Notes: a model not told the origin generated them from the sequence alone. DNA of 63,481 nt, filler included, from Octopus bimaculoides (GCF_001194135.2; 5 parts of 5 records of this genome joined end to end with filler, not necessarily neighbours in it), one strand, 5' to 3'. Numbered from the whole stretch's first letter, positions 49,144-63,405 are shown. Translations and numbers: made by a program.

Positions 49144-50456
49144 TTGTGGGTGACGGATGATCAGACATGTTTAGGAATTCAACCNNNNNNNNNNNNNNNN
49201 NNNNNNNNNNNNNNNNNNNNNNNNNNNNNNNNNNNNNNNNNNNNNNNNNNNNNNNNNNNNNNNNNNNNNNNNNNNNNNNNNNNNNNNNNNNNNNNNNNNN
49301 NNNNNNNNNNNNNNNNNNNNNNNNNNNNNNNNNNNNNNNNNNNNNNNNNNNNNNNNNNNNNNNNNNNNNNNNNNNNNNNNNNNNNNNNNNNNNNNNNNNN
49401 NNNNNNNNNNNNNNNNNNNNNNNNNNNNNNNNNNNNNNNNNNNNNNNNNNNNNNNNNNNNNNNNNNNNNNNNNNNNNNNNNNNNNNNNNNNNNNNNNNNN
49501 NNNNNNNNNNNNNNNNNNNNNNNNNNNNNNNNNNNNNNNNNNNNNNNNNNNNNNNNNNNNNNNNNNNNNNNNNNNNNNNNNNNNNNNNNNNNNNNNNNNN
49601 NNNNNNNNNNNNNNNNNNNNNNNNNNNNNNNNNNNNNNNNNNNNNNNNNNNNNNNNNNNNNNNNNNNNNNNNNNNNNNNNNNNNNNNNNNNNNNNNNNNN
49701 NNNNNNNNNNNNNNNNNNNNNNNNNNNNNNNNNNNNNNNNNNNNNNNNNNNNNNNNNNNNNNNNNNNNNNNNNNNNNNNNNNNNNNNNNNNNNNNNNNNN
49801 NNNNNNNNNNNNNNNNNNNNNNNNNNNNNNNNNNNNNNNNNNNNNNNNNNNNNNNNNNNNNNNNNNNNNNNNNNNNNNNNNNNNNNNNNNNNNNNNNNNN
49901 NNNNNNNNNNNNNNNNNNNNNNNNNNNNNNNNNNNNNNNNNNNNNNNNNNNNNNNNNNNNNNNNNNNNNNNNNNNNNNNNNNNNNNNNNNNNNNNNNNNN
50001 NNNNNNNNNNNNNNNNNNNNNNNNNNNNNNNNNNNNNNNNNNNNNNNNNNNNNNNNNNNNNNNNNNNNNNNNNNNNNNNNCAAGAAGCGGTATAATATTT
50101 CTAATAAACATGTCTATATATACTTTAGTTTTTTATAACTTTGCTAGTTTAAGTCATTTTGACTGCGGCCATGCTGGAGCACCACCTTAAAGGGTTTATA
50201 GTCGAGGAAATCCACCCGGGACTTATTATTTGTAAGCCTAGTACTTATGCTATCAGTCTCTTTTGTCGAAATGCTAAATGACGGGGACATAAACACACCA
50301 GCATCGGTTGTCGAGCGATGGCAGGGGGACACACACTAAATACATACACATATTTGAATACGACGGGCTTCTTTCAGTTTCCGTCTACCGAATCCATTCA
50401 CAAGGCTTTGGCCGACCTGAGGCTATAGTAGAAGACACTCGTCCAAGATGCCACGC

Positions 50457-50522
<66 letters not shown>

Positions 50523-52828
50523 CGATAGACACAAATTTGATACACTGACACTTCAGAGAGTTTAGAGCACTGAAGTTGCATACCATCTGCGTTATGCTTA
50601 GCTGATCACGAAACCTACACCCACCGAATCACATTCGTACATTGTTACCGACCACCACCACTACTCTCACCCCTACCACCACCATTACAAACTTTACCAC
50701 CACGTACAATATTATCATCATCATCATTATCGTTACCATCACCACTGCACCAAATAGCGAACACAAATTTGTAATTGTATATACTAAACAGCAATTTGTA
50801 ATTGTCACCAAAGAAGTATTAATAGAGACCGAGTTATTTTTTGATGAACCTTAACTAAGAATAACTTGTTCGGTCAGGTATTTATGGAATTGACTTTAAA
50901 CTGTGGAACATGGAGGCTTTTTTCCGCTTAACTGAGTTTACTACTTCTGCTGCCCTCTCTGCTGTTTCCGTTTTTCAGTCGAGGTCAGTATAATCAAGCA
51001 GTTCTATGAACAATGGTATTCAAGCTGCGACATATTCCCCTGACAGATCATTTCGTAGACCATATGTATCTAAGATTACATTATCTAATATGTGCCTCCT
51101 CCTCATTCCCTGCGTTTTTTTTTTCTTTTTAAGACCGCAAGGGAATTTTGGTTACATATTATTTTAAGCAGATCGAGTGCCGCAGAGACGTCGCTCTTAT
51201 TGCTTTGTCATTGAGTGTTAATAGAGTGAGTTGGAATACAATGCTGTCAGTTATCGACTTAGAATACCATACTGTCAGTTATTTTAGGAATCAACAATAA
51301 AATCTAAAAAGTGGCGAGAGGCATGGCTGGGTGGTTACGAAGCTCGCTTGGAAGATAAAAGATAAAGAAGACTTCCTTTTAACCTCAAATTCATCCTTGA
51401 TCAGCAGCAGAAGTATAAGGATTAAAGTTGGATGATCTTTCGGTTTAGGTATATAAAATGGCTAATGGCTAAGACAATAAATAAAATGAAACTGAAGCAA
51501 TATAATGGTTTTCTCTGAATTGTTTATATAATTANNNNNNNNNNNNNNNNNNNNNNNNNNNNNNNNNNNNNNNNNNNNNNNNNNNNNNNNNNNNNNNNNN
51601 NNNNNNNNNNNNNNNNNNNNNNNNNNNNNNNNNNNNNNNNNNNNNNNNNNNNNNNNNNNNNNNNNNNNNNNNNNNNNNNNNNNNNNNNNNNNNNNNNNNN
51701 NNNNNNNNNNNNNNNNNNNNNNNNNNNNNNNNNNNNNNNNNNNNNNNNNNNNNNNNNNNNNNNNNNNNNNNNNNNNNNNNNNNNNNNNNNNNNNNNNNNN
51801 NNNNNNNNNNNNNNNNNNNNNNNNNNNNNNNNNNNNNNNNNNNNNNNNNNNNNNNNNNNNNNNNNNNNNNNNNNNNNNNNNNNNNNNNNNNNNNNNNNNN
51901 NNNNNNNNNNNNNNNNNNNNNNNNNNNNNNNNNNNNNNNNNNNNNNNNNNNNNNNNNNNNNNNNNNNNNNNNNNNNNNNNNNNNNNNNNNNNNNNNNNNN
52001 NNNNNNNNNNNNNNNNNNNNNNNNNNNNNNNNNNNNNNNNNNNNNNNNNNNNNNNNNNNNNNNNNNNNNTCTGTGTTTGTCCCCCCACCATCACTTGACA
52101 ACCGATGCTGGTGTGTTTACGTCCCCGTAACTTAGCGGTTCGGCACAAGAGATCCGATAGAATAAGTACTAGGCTTACAAGGAATAAAACTTGGGGTCAA
52201 ATTTGTTCGACATAAGGCTGTGCTCCAGCATGGCCGCAGTCAAATGACTGAAAGAAATAAAAGAATATAATAAATATTGTTATGAACGAACTCATCATTT
52301 TCATAAATAGAGCTTTTTAAAGCGTACTAAAAGTAGTGGGGGGGGGTTTCAGGGAAATTTGACTGCTGTTTCTTGTAGGTCGGAAAACCGTGTAGAGGTT
52401 CCTTCTATCTTGTGTTGTATAGCCCTAGGTTAGCTCTGAAAATGAAAAAGTTCTATCTCTTTTCAGGTGTACATAATATAGCTAAGACTGTATTATTCAA
52501 TGTGTCTTCCCTTTTTTCAAGACGATAGTGTATGATATAAAGGTAACTTAGGTCCTATTTCTTGCTGATCGAGCGACTTTGTTAAATCACAAGGGACTGA
52601 TTGTTGTTATAGCGAGTGCCGAGCTAATCCTGCATTAAATAACTGAAAATAACCAGTGCGATCTTTTCACTGCTTACTTCACTTTCAGTCTAATACTCTC
52701 ACCTGACTAGTTTAGTGTAAGTTCGTTCACCTTCACGCTCTAACAGCCATTGGAGTTTGTAATTATTAAATAATAGTACTTCTTTGAAGATTTGTTTAAT
52801 GGAATCTAGCAATACTGCATTATATTAT

Positions 52829-53250
52829 AAAGCGGAGCTGACAGAATTGTTAGCACGTCGGGCTTATTGCTTAGTGGTATTTCCTTTGTCTTTTACGTTC
52901 TGAGTTCAAATTCCGCCGAGGTCGACTTTGCCTTTCATCCTTTCTCGGTTGATAAATTAAGTACCAGTTGCATACTGAGTCGATCTAATCGACTGGTCCC
53001 CCCCCCCAAAAAAAAATTTCGGGCCTTATGCCTAGAGTAGAAAAGATTATATTATAAAGCGGAGCTGGCAGAATCGTCAGCACACCGGGAAAATTGTTTA
53101 GCGGTATTTCATCTACTGCTACGTTCTGAGTTCAAATTCTGCCGATGTCGACTTTGCCTTTCGGGATCGATAAAAGAAGTACCAGTCGAGCACTTGTGTC
53201 CATGTAATCGACTGGTACTCCGTCTTATGCCTTATGCCTGTAGTAGATAG
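52829..53250 (+). mobile_element. Two tandem SINE family B copies separated by (ATT)n
   Basis: Heads AAAGCGGAGCTG at about 52829 and 53057, both preceded by ATTATA. Confidence 0.85.
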
Positions 53251-53339
53251 GATTATATTATATATTAAGCATGCGGACATACATGCAGGCATGCATACAT
53301 ACATACATACATACATTCATGTGTGTGTGTGGAGGGGGG

Positions 53340-53699
53340 GGGGGTATACAAATAGATTTTGATTATTTCTGTGGTAAAATAAGCATTTTCAAGCCTAAAA
53401 ATTAATAAATTAATAGATAAAAATAGAGTACAGTACTGCACAGTATAGCACATTAATAAAAATATATTTTTAAAAAATACGTAGTGTACCGTACATGAGT
53501 AAACAAAGAATAGCACATACTGTATGGAAAATGAAATTCGGGAGGCGAGTTGTTTTGCATTTATAATAGAATAAAAATATACGAATTATAAAAATGATAA
53601 AAAATATATACAGTACAGTACTGTTTCTACTTCGCGGACTTTCACTTATCGCGGGAGGTTTTGGAACGTAATACCCGCGATAATCGAGGGACTACTCTA
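53340..53699. mobile_element. pogo/Tigger-type MITE, one end
   Basis: Terminal CCCGCGATAATCGAGGGACTACTC+TA resembles the CAGTAGTCCCTCG..TATCGCGGG TIR class. The left TIR is not seen. Confidence 0.65.
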
Positions 53700-54171
53700 T
53701 AAAGAAAGCAACACAACAAATATGAATTAAAAGCAGCGTTAGTGTTGTAAACATTATCGACCGCATATACTCAATACATACATTTTCCTTGTTCACAAGT
53801 TCGCTGTGGTACAGGACCTTAGGTACGATTCCTCCACAGCACTGGGTGTTAAAACACATGGAAGTCATAGACAGGTGGGAGTCGTCCCCAAGGCCCTGTA
53901 CCGCAGGGAACCGGCGAGAAAGTAAAACAGATCCAGATGAATTCTAATTTATTCCCCCCCCCGTCTCTCTCTCTCGGTCAGGTGAAGGAGCAGGCTACGA
54001 TACTTCAAATTCCTCGGCTCCTCCTACCTCATGCGAACTTATTCAAACTCACAAAATACACAAATTTTTTTATAAATCTATAAAATAACAACAGCGTTAA
54101 TAGCAAGAATAGTCGAAGTAGCAGCAGCAGCAGTACCACCACCACCACCANNNNNNNNNNNNNNNNNNNNN

Positions 54172-54230
<59 letters not shown>

Positions 54231-54360
54231 GAGCTTTATGGAATATACTCTAAAACTAATGTAAATGTTTATTTTTATGGAGGTCTTATAGACAGCTTCA
54301 TAGACTGCTTCGTAGACATGCTGAGACGCATTCTCATACATACATGCATACATACATACA

Positions 54361-54394
<34 letters not shown>

Positions 54395-54639
54395 CATACA
54401 TACACACACACACACACATACACATAAAAGAATTTCAACATCATTTTATAAATGTGGAAAAAATATTGAGACTTCCATCTCCATCATGCAAAAAGGAAAA
54501 GCAAATGTTTTCTCAACCCCAGACTCTCAGACAACATATTTAAACTGTTTTATAAATAGTTATTGTCGGCCTGTTTCCTGCTTGTTCTTTTATTTTTGTT
54601 CTGTATTAACAAAACACATATATGTGTAAAAATAACAAA

Positions 54640-54739
54640 NNNNNNNNNNNNNNNNNNNNNNNNNNNNNNNNNNNNNNNNNNNNTTAATTAATTAANNNNN
54701 NNNNNNNNNNNNNNNNNNNNNNNNNNNNNNNNNNNNNNN
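54640..54739. other. Artificial scaffold-join linker
   Basis: N44-TTAATTAATTAA-N44. Confidence 0.9.
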
Positions 54740-57037
54740 TGATATATATTCAAAAACTCAACTGTCAGTTTTCTGCTAAGATTGTTAACAGGTACTATAT
54801 TTTTTACCAATTTTTTTGGTTAAAAAAATATATATTATATATATATATATATAAAAATTTAAATACACAACCGAAAGAGTTACTAATACTTTCATGCTTT
54901 TATGATACTTAAACAGGTATATTCATAAAATACACCATGTATCTTAAGGCAATCTTCTAGGATCTGTTTATACGTTATATATATTAAAAACAAGGACACT
55001 GGACAGTAAAAAAAAAGGTAAGAAAAAGCGTGAAGAAGATTGGTGCAAAAAATGGAGCGAGAAAAAGAAACGAAATCAAGACAACTAAGAACCTCGTCCT
55101 CCCTGATTGCAGAAAGTTCATTATATACAACTGGTTTATAGCAAAATAATAGAAAATATGTCAAATTGTGTGAGGCAGCAACTCAATCCGGTATGTTATC
55201 AATATGAGTATTCTTGAGTTTCATTTTTTTCCTTTTAATTTATTTCAGATAGGCATTAGACATAGCCCCCTAAGTAGTTGTAGAGCACTCTCAGTAAATA
55301 CATGCCTCTATTAGATGAACTGAAAATTAATTCACACACAATCATACACACATGAAAAGAATCAATATATTCATGATGTTTTTGGTCGATGTTGAATTAG
55401 TACATGCGGAGGCAGTATGTGGGTTTCATTGTATGTATGTGTATGAGTGCTCTAACACACATGTCTGTGCGCATGTGGTATTTTAAGCGAAGCACTTCTT
55501 GCCAGTCGCTTTGTCCGACATCTCGTTACATTTGGTCGTTGTGGCTAATTTTCTTGGCTAAATTTACTGATGTTGGTTTTGTTCTTGTTTCCGTTGTTAA
55601 TGTTGCTTTATTATATGTTAGGGGTGGGAAGTTAGGAATGTAATTTTTATTAATTTTAATTATTTAATTTTTTTTTTTTTTTCATTTTTCTTTCCTTCTT
55701 TTTATTGTCGCCATTTGTTTCTTCTATACAAATCTTTTTTCATCATGATATGCAGATTAAACATATTGGGGATGGTCGCTAAGAACACATTCTTTGTGCA
55801 AATCATTATAAATTAAAATAATGCAATTTGTTAATGCATTATTTCCTGTGCATATTGTTTATGCAATTGCACAAATAAAAAGGTAACGTTGCACTGTTGT
55901 TTGAATGTTATGATTAGGTAGCGTAGGAAAAGAGTTCAAGGTTATCAGCACTCTACTATTAAAAATAAACAAAACAATTAGCATATTGGTCCATTGGAGA
56001 AGAATATTGGTTTTTGTTTTGATTAGCAATAGAAGCTCTGTATTTCACTTGATTGAATGTGGAACACGAGATGTTTATCCTTTTTGTTTTTCTTTAGAGG
56101 GATTTATCACTCTATGTGAAGTAATATTGGTTTTAAATTTTGACACAAGACCAGCAATTTCGGGGAAGGGATAAGTGGATTACATCGACCCAAGTACTCA
56201 ACTGGTACTTTTTTTTATTGACGCCGAAAGGCTGAAAGGTAAAGTCGACCTCGACAGAATTCAACCTCAGAACGTAAAGACGGACAAAATACCGCTAAAT
56301 AGTTTGTCTGGCGTGCTAACTACCCTGCTGTTTCACTGCCTTCATTGTCAACTGATATGGGTAGGAACTTGCATAAACTTTTACAGTTTGAATATTTCTG
56401 TTGGTGATGGTACTGGTGCTGGTGGTAGTGGTGTTGATGTTGCTGGTACTAGTAATACTGGTGGTGCCGGTGGTGCTGGTGTTAGTGCTGCTGATGATTG
56501 TGGTGCTGGTAGTTGTGAATTTTGTGGTGGTTGTGATGGTGGTAGGGATGATGATGATGGTGGTGGTGGTGGCGGCGGTTACACTGCTGCTGGTGATGAT
56601 GATGATGATGGGGGAGGTGGAGGATGCTGGTGGTAGTGGTGGTTGTGTTGTTGGTGGTGGTAGTATATCTAAAAAATACATAACCATTACTCGCAAGGGA
56701 CCTGGTAGCAAATACCATGCTGTCACTAGTTTCAGGCACCTGTGTATTCATGAGCCAACATAGACATACACTGGGCCTGTCACCCTTCATCTAACGAAAG
56801 ATCAAGCATGGGATAGATGGAGGGTGAGAGGACAGTACCTACACTAGGTTGGTCTTCGTTTTCAGTTGAGCAGACAAGAGCAAAGAGAAACAACACGTAT
56901 GATTTTGAAGGATAATAGAACTACTCTTTCTCGGAATTTCAGCGATCGCGTACAGGCCTCCTCGGTGGTTTAATACGGTACTTATTTTATAACATAGAGC
57001 TCAGTTCACTGCTCTTGTGGATTTTTACAAGACACTA

Positions 57038-57069
<32 letters not shown>

Positions 57070-58228
57070 GCACACACACACACACATACACACACATACA
57101 CACATACTCGAAAGTGTTTGTGAAGTCATACAGCATTTATAACTTTCCTTCAGGCTTTAATGATGTATATTACTCGAATTAGCAACAAGGAAAATTCGAA
57201 AGCCTCCTCGGAAAAGTACCTGTACAAACATTTGAAGTCATCTCCCTGCAATATCAGTGTTTTCTTTAAACGAGGCACAAGAGCAATGTTAATTGAATTG
57301 ACACGGATATATTACTAGTGTTTATTTTATCAATGCAGTGGTTTAAAAAGATGCAGATTATTGTGACTCTATGGCTGCTTTTCTATGATATCAAAAGCGT
57401 CGTTTTTCTCTCCGTGGTTTTGTTATAATGGTTTCAAATTCGTTATTTGTAAAAGAGAAATGATAATCATGAATCGATGAGCCTGATCGAAGACAAGAAG
57501 TAATATCGATACTAGAATTTGAACTCTTACGTTTGAATTATCCTGGTGATTTAATTTGCTTACTTTTTTGTTATAAATGTTGCTTAGTTCCAGTTCATCC
57601 TTGGTCAGATACTTTCCAACCATGACCTGTCTGTTTATATATCAAAATTTTCAAAAATATCCCTCTATATTTTAGATGGTAGAATGTAATGATTTTGTGT
57701 AATTACGCTACTGTTGGCAGCAGGGCGTACCACAACCCTGTAGAAATTCCCTCGTTAGGTTTATAGATTTCTCTCCAAATTAATCAGTTTTGTTTAGATA
57801 ATCAACAATGTTTTCAATATTGTATAATTTTTAACACATCAAAGATAATGTTATCATGCCACCCGTCCTAAAATATACTTTATTACAAAATCATGAAAAA
57901 TGTAAACCTGTGTATGATAATATATGAGTGTTTTTTTCATAGTTAAAATCACTCTAGATCGATGCATTTGTTTTAATCTCAATACACGGTTTCAGATCAA
58001 ATCACTTTCCAAACAAGTGAAACTCAAGAACAGCAAAATCGATTCTTTTTAATTAATTTTAAAGATAATATATTTTCAATTTCCTGCCTATGGAGTTGCA
58101 GATGTTAATGTATTGAACTGACAAAGTCATGAGAAAGTCAGATAGAATACCTTGCACTGCTTGTTCTGGTTATCTGCGCGTTGAGTTCAAATCCCGTCTG
58201 CTATTTATTGTTTATCTTATCACATAAC

Positions 58229-58613
58229 GTGGAGGCTCAACGGCCCAGTGGTTAGGGCAGCGGACTCACGGTCATAGCATCGCGGTTTCGATTCCCAGAC
58301 CGGGCGTTGTGAGTGTTTATTGAGCGAAAACACTTAAAGCCCCACGAGGCTCCGGCAGGGGATGGTGGCGAACCCTGCTGTACTCTTCCACCACAACTTT
58401 CTCTCACTCTTACTTCCTGATGTGCCTGTATTTCAAAGGACCAGCCTTAGCACACTGTGCCACGCTGAATCTCCCCGAGAACTACGTTAAGGGTACACGT
58501 GTCTGTGGAATGCTCAGCCACTTGCACGTTAATTTCACGAGCAGGCTGTTCCGTTGATCGGATCAACTTGAACCCTCAACGTCGTAAGCGACGGAGTGCC
58601 AACATATATACAT
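58229..58613 (+). mobile_element. SINE family A, full length
   Basis: Near-identical to the 29092 copy. TSD ATCA(C/A)ATAAC at 58219-58228 and 58614-58623. Confidence 0.9.
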
Positions 58614-59026
58614 ATCAAATAACCCTTTTCACCAAAATGTTCGTCTTCTGTCACATTCAAAGGTTATTAGGGCTATGGATTGCATAATCATTAGAGTGTC
58701 GGCAAAATGCCTTCTGGTACTTGTTCTGATTTTCGGCTCTTTCTGAGTTCAAATCTCGCCATGGTCAACTCTATCATTCATTCTCTCGGTATCGGTAATC
58801 GAACTGTGCACTGCTAGTATCGACCCTTCTTTATTCTTACCTTTGTCCTCCTCTTTCTTTCACACTCTTGGAAATGTTTATTTGAGCCGATAAAGATGGT
58901 AGGGGAGGCACTGGCAGCACTGGGGGTAGTAGAAAATGTGGCAGTGACAGCGGCGGCAGCGGTGGCGGCGACGGTGGCGGTAGCGACGGTGGCGGTAGCG
59001 ACGGTGGCGGTGGCGACGGTGGCGGT

Positions 59027-59126
59027 NNNNNNNNNNNNNNNNNNNNNNNNNNNNNNNNNNNNNNNNNNNNTTAATTAATTAANNNNNNNNNNNNNNNNNN
59101 NNNNNNNNNNNNNNNNNNNNNNNNNN
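59027..59126. other. Artificial scaffold-join linker
   Basis: N44-TTAATTAATTAA-N44. Confidence 0.9.
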
Positions 59127-59234
59127 ATAGAATAAGTACTAGGCTTACAAAGAATAAGTCCTGGGGTCGATTTGCTCGACTAAAGGTGGTGCTCCAGCAT
59201 GGCCACAGTCAAAAGACTGAAACAAGTAAAAGAG

Positions 59235-59290
<56 letters not shown>

Positions 59291-59529
59291 AGCGGTGAGC
59301 TGACTGAATCGTTAGCACGCCGGGTGAAATGCTAGCGGTATTTCGCCGAGGTCGATCTTACCTTTTATCCTTTCGAGGTCGATAAATCAAGTACCAGTCC
59401 TGGAGTTGATGTAATCGACTACCCTTTCCCGCAAAATTTCAGGCCTTGTGTAATCGACTCCTCTCCTCCCCCAAAAAGCTGTCTTTGTGGCAAAATTTGA
59501 AACCATTATTGCACTCGTTCATTGTCCGG

Positions 59530-60160
59530 GCATTGCTGACTTATAAGGTTATGTCGAACAGCTATTGCCACGTGTGGAACGGATCCGTCTGTCGGCTGAG
59601 TCTGTAGTGATGATTGCCCCGCCGCCTTCCTTCAATCGGCTAGGCAAAGGAGTTTACCTTTGCCTGGTGGCTGTGGCGAAAGCGGTTGTTTGCTGGACAA
59701 GGCTGAAAGGCATGAGAACAGATACATTCCTCTTTAAGTTTCACTTGAAAAGGAAATTGAGAGTTCAGAGGGAAGTGCTGTCCTCGAATGAGTTTATAAA
59801 AGGTGAGTGAAAGTTGCGAAAATGGCAAGAGTGAATGGTACCTCTCTCAGAGTAGACCTGTGAGTCGGAGAGAAGGAATTGGAGAGGGCACTTGCTTTTA
59901 GTGTTCAAGGAAATCTCGGACAATGGGATTCTTCGATTATCCCTAGCGGTCCTCTTGTATCAGGAGGGCTACATCTCTCATCCTCCTCGCCACCTTTTTT
60001 AAAACCTTTGTATGCCAATGTATATGTCCCTTCTTTTGCAGTGTATACCGTGTATACTTACTTTTTTTTTATTTATCATTTCATTGTTTGTAAACCTCCA
60101 CACTTTATCTGTCTTTGTATTGTTCCCCACATCCTTCGCTCTTATGGCAAATAAATGAAA
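59530..60160 (+). mobile_element. Tx1/L1-clade LINE 3' end (ORF2 C-terminus and 3' UTR)
   Basis: VYLCLVAVAKAVVCWTRLKGMRTDTFLFKFHLKRKLRVQREVLSSNEFIK...VAKMARVNGTSLRVDL* resembles Tx1 ORF2 tails. A pyrimidine-rich UTR, AATAAA and (ATT)n follow. Confidence 0.7.
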
Positions 60161-60189
60161 TTATTATTATTATTATTATTATTATTATT

Positions 60190-60477
60190 GAGTGAGAGAG
60201 CAGTGCATGCCATCAAAGTGACACTGGGATAAAATATACGAAGCCCATTATACCCATCATGACTACCCGTCTGATAAGGGTACATCAGGCACATGCATCA
60301 CAACCATATGTACGCGATATGGTGATCTCATATCAAGATAAACAGCGCATGACCTCGAAGGTGGGGCCCAGTTAGAATTTTCTTCAGGTCGAGTAGCCCA
60401 TCCCGCTCAAAAGGTCCCTGAATAAGGTTTGTTTAAGGATGTTGAACAAAACACCCATGTGTCCAAAGGTGAATTAT
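60190..60477 (-). mobile_element. Family E copy (CpG-intact), tail-to-tail with the Tx1 element
   Basis: Reverse complement of 6590-6871. Confidence 0.85.
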
Positions 60478-61375
60478 NNNNNNNNNNNNNNNNNNNNNNN
60501 NNNNNNNNNNNNNNNNNNNNNNNNNNNNNNNNNNNNNNNNNNNNNNNNNNNNNNNNNNNNNNNNNNNNNNNNNNNNNNNNNNNNNNNNNNNNNNNNNNNN
60601 NNNNNNNNNNNNNNNNNNNNNNNNNNNNNNNNNNNNNNNNNNNNNNNNNNNNNNNNNNNNNNNNNNNNNNNNNNNNNNNNNNNNNNNNNNNNNNNNNNNN
60701 NNNNNNNNNNNNNNNNNNNNNNNNNNNNNNNNNNNNNNNNNNNNNNNNNNNNNNNNNNNNNNNNNNNNNNNNNNNNNNNNNNNNNNNNNNNNNNNNNNNN
60801 NNNNNNNNNNNNNNNNNNNNNNNNNNNNNNNNNNNNNNNNNNNNNNNNNNNNNNNNNNNNNNNNNNNNNNNNNNNNNNNNNNNNNNNNNNNNNNNNNNNN
60901 NNNNNNNNNNNNNNNNNNNNNNNNNNNNNNNNNNNNNNNNNNNNNNNNNNNNNNNNNNNNNNNNNNNNNNNNNNNNNNNNNNNNNNNNNNNNNNNNNNNN
61001 NNNNNNNNNNNNNNNNNNNNACGTTCTGTGTTCAATCTCCGCCGAGGTCGACTTCGCCTTTCATCCTTTCAGAGTCGATAAAATAAGTACCAGTTGTGTA
61101 ATGGGGTGGAGGTAATCGATTTACTCCCACCCACGAAATTTCTAGTCATGTACCAAAATTTGAAATCATAATTATTAAGGCAGCGAACTGACAGAATCGT
61201 TTACGCGTCAGACAAAATGCTTAGTGTCATCTCATCTGCCTTTATGTTCTGAATTCAAATTCTGCCGAGGTCGACTTTGCCTTTCATCATTTCGGTATCG
61301 ATAAACAAGTACCAGTTGTGCACTGGAGAGGTCTTGTGCCAAAATTTGAAACCAATATTATTGTTGTTTTTTTTA

Positions 61376-63261
61376 TTCATTTGAATTCCATTTTGTTTCA
61401 TCTTCCGGCCGGGTCTCAACCAGAGACCTAAGGCACGTATATATTAGACGGAGAGAAACTTCCCGAGGATGTGACCGGTTGACGTCAGTACAATATTTTA
61501 AAACTTCATAGATTGTTGGTTTCCCTGGGATCTGGTAAAAAAAATTTTTGTCGGTGCTTTTCTTAAACTTTTCCAGGGCACCCATAACAACAGGGATGGT
61601 TTTGGATTTTTATTGCCACATTTTAAATATCTCAATCTCAAGGTCCTTGTATTTCGATAGTTTTTCAAATACGTTTAGTGACATGTTTCTTTCAATGTTG
61701 TTGGCACTCTGTCACTTACTACGTCGAGGTTTCCAGTTCATCCTATCAACGGAACAGCCTGCTCGTGAAATTAACGTGCAAGTGGCTGAGCACTCCACAG
61801 ATACGTGTACCCTTAACGTAGTTCTCGGGGATAATCAGCGTGACACAGTGTGACAAGGCTGACCCTTTGAATTACAGGCACAACAGAAACAGGAAGTAAG
61901 AGTGAGAGAAAGTTGTGGTGAAAGAGTACAGCAGGGTTTACCACCATCCCCTGCCGGAGCCTCGTGGAGCCACAACGCCCGGTCTGGGAATCAAAACCGC
62001 GATCCTATGACCGCGAGTCCGCTGCCCTAACCACTGGGCCATTGCGCCTCCACTTCTATCAATAGACACTGTTATATCAATGAAACAGGCATGTTTTTGC
62101 CTTGTGTCTTTGATGATGATGTCTGGCATGTTATCATTTATATACCTGTTTGTACGTATCCCATAATGCCATACGATGGTAACATTCTCTCCCCCACGGA
62201 CTGGCTGTGGATGGTATATTATCAGTTTTTAGGGTGCAGGATATGTTCCAGTTCAAGTTTTGGCCAACTCGATCATGCCTGGTTTTATATTCTGTTGGAG
62301 CAAGGACTGAGCAACCGACAACAGTGTGACAATGCTCTCAAGTTTGTCATTGCTGAGTCTACTCTTTCTGTCTGCCCTTTTGTACTAGACAAAAGCTTGA
62401 GAGTTCCGGGTCAAGAGACTCTGATCTTGTGCCACTAGGATTAATCCTGTTTCGGCTTTCAAACCGATGCGCTGCAGCTACTGTTAGGGTTCTTCTCATA
62501 TCTACATCATCTTCCCCTGATCGTTTAGGCCGTGCAATGGTTTTTCTTGCCACAATGTCAACATTTCTTTCAAACTTTTCTGTTTGGCTTTTTCCTTGAA
62601 TTTTTTTACTGCCTTAGTGGTTGGTGTGTCCTCATTATCATCATTATAATCAGGGAGGTTGAGCTCACGTCTGAACTTATATGTCTACTTTGCGACTGAG
62701 TACAGTTTCTTACCCCGTTTGTATTGTCTTACTAGCTGTATCATTACTTCGGATGTACATTTGGAATCCTACTGTGGTTGTTTTATAGGACGTTTGAAGT
62801 TGGATTAGGTCTCTATCGCCATCCTTTCGTGGGTGAGAGAACCTACAGACGTTTGATTTTGGGTGATGCATCTTGTTTAATATCAGCAGTTTCCTGTTCT
62901 TTCTGCCAACACATTGGATTTTACTCAAATTCCAGTTGATGACATTAAGGCTATACTGGACAACTGGTACCACCAAGGAGTTTATAGCTGCAATTCTATT
63001 CAGAAAGTTCAGCTCAGTATTCAGGACCATTTTGACACGTCTATAATATGCTTTCCTGAGCCTTTCTTTCGTTGGCCTGTGCTGAATCTTTTTCCCTTCG
63101 TTTACCCCAAGATGCTTATAAAAGCCTTCTCGATCCAGTTCCTTGCTAAATTGTATCATTATCAATTTGAGTCGAGGTATTAGCTGTCAGTTTAGCGCAT
63201 TTGAATATAGCTTTGTCACACTTATCATGGTCAAATTTCATAATAATGCCATCACTGAATA

Positions 63262-63265
<4 letters not shown>
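61376..63265 (-). mobile_element. R4/Dong-clade LINE, 5'-truncated about 1.5 kb (RT thumb to RLE domain), interrupted by a SINE
   Basis: FSDGIIMKFDHDKCDKAIFK; FYKHLGVNEG...YYRRVKMVLNTELN...AINSLVVPVVQYS...WNLSKIQ...HHPKSN; PDIIIKD...FIDITVSIDR|NMSLNVFEKLSKYKDLEIE...IPVVMGALE. The 5' end abuts (AAT)n. Confidence 0.9.
61697..62053 (-). mobile_element. SINE family A nested in the Dong LINE
   Basis: TSD TTCT(T/A)TCAAT at 61687-61696 and 62054-62063 duplicates the IDR/IER codons. About 30 nt of the CORE-like segment is deleted in this copy. Confidence 0.9.
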
Positions 63266-63324
<59 letters not shown>

Positions 63325-63335
63325 CATCATCATCA

Positions 63336-63405
<70 letters not shown>

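Noticed and set aside
55180-55300. Intron-like GTATGT...TTTCAG of about 58 nt
   Set aside because: The joined frames give no recognisable or extended ORF.
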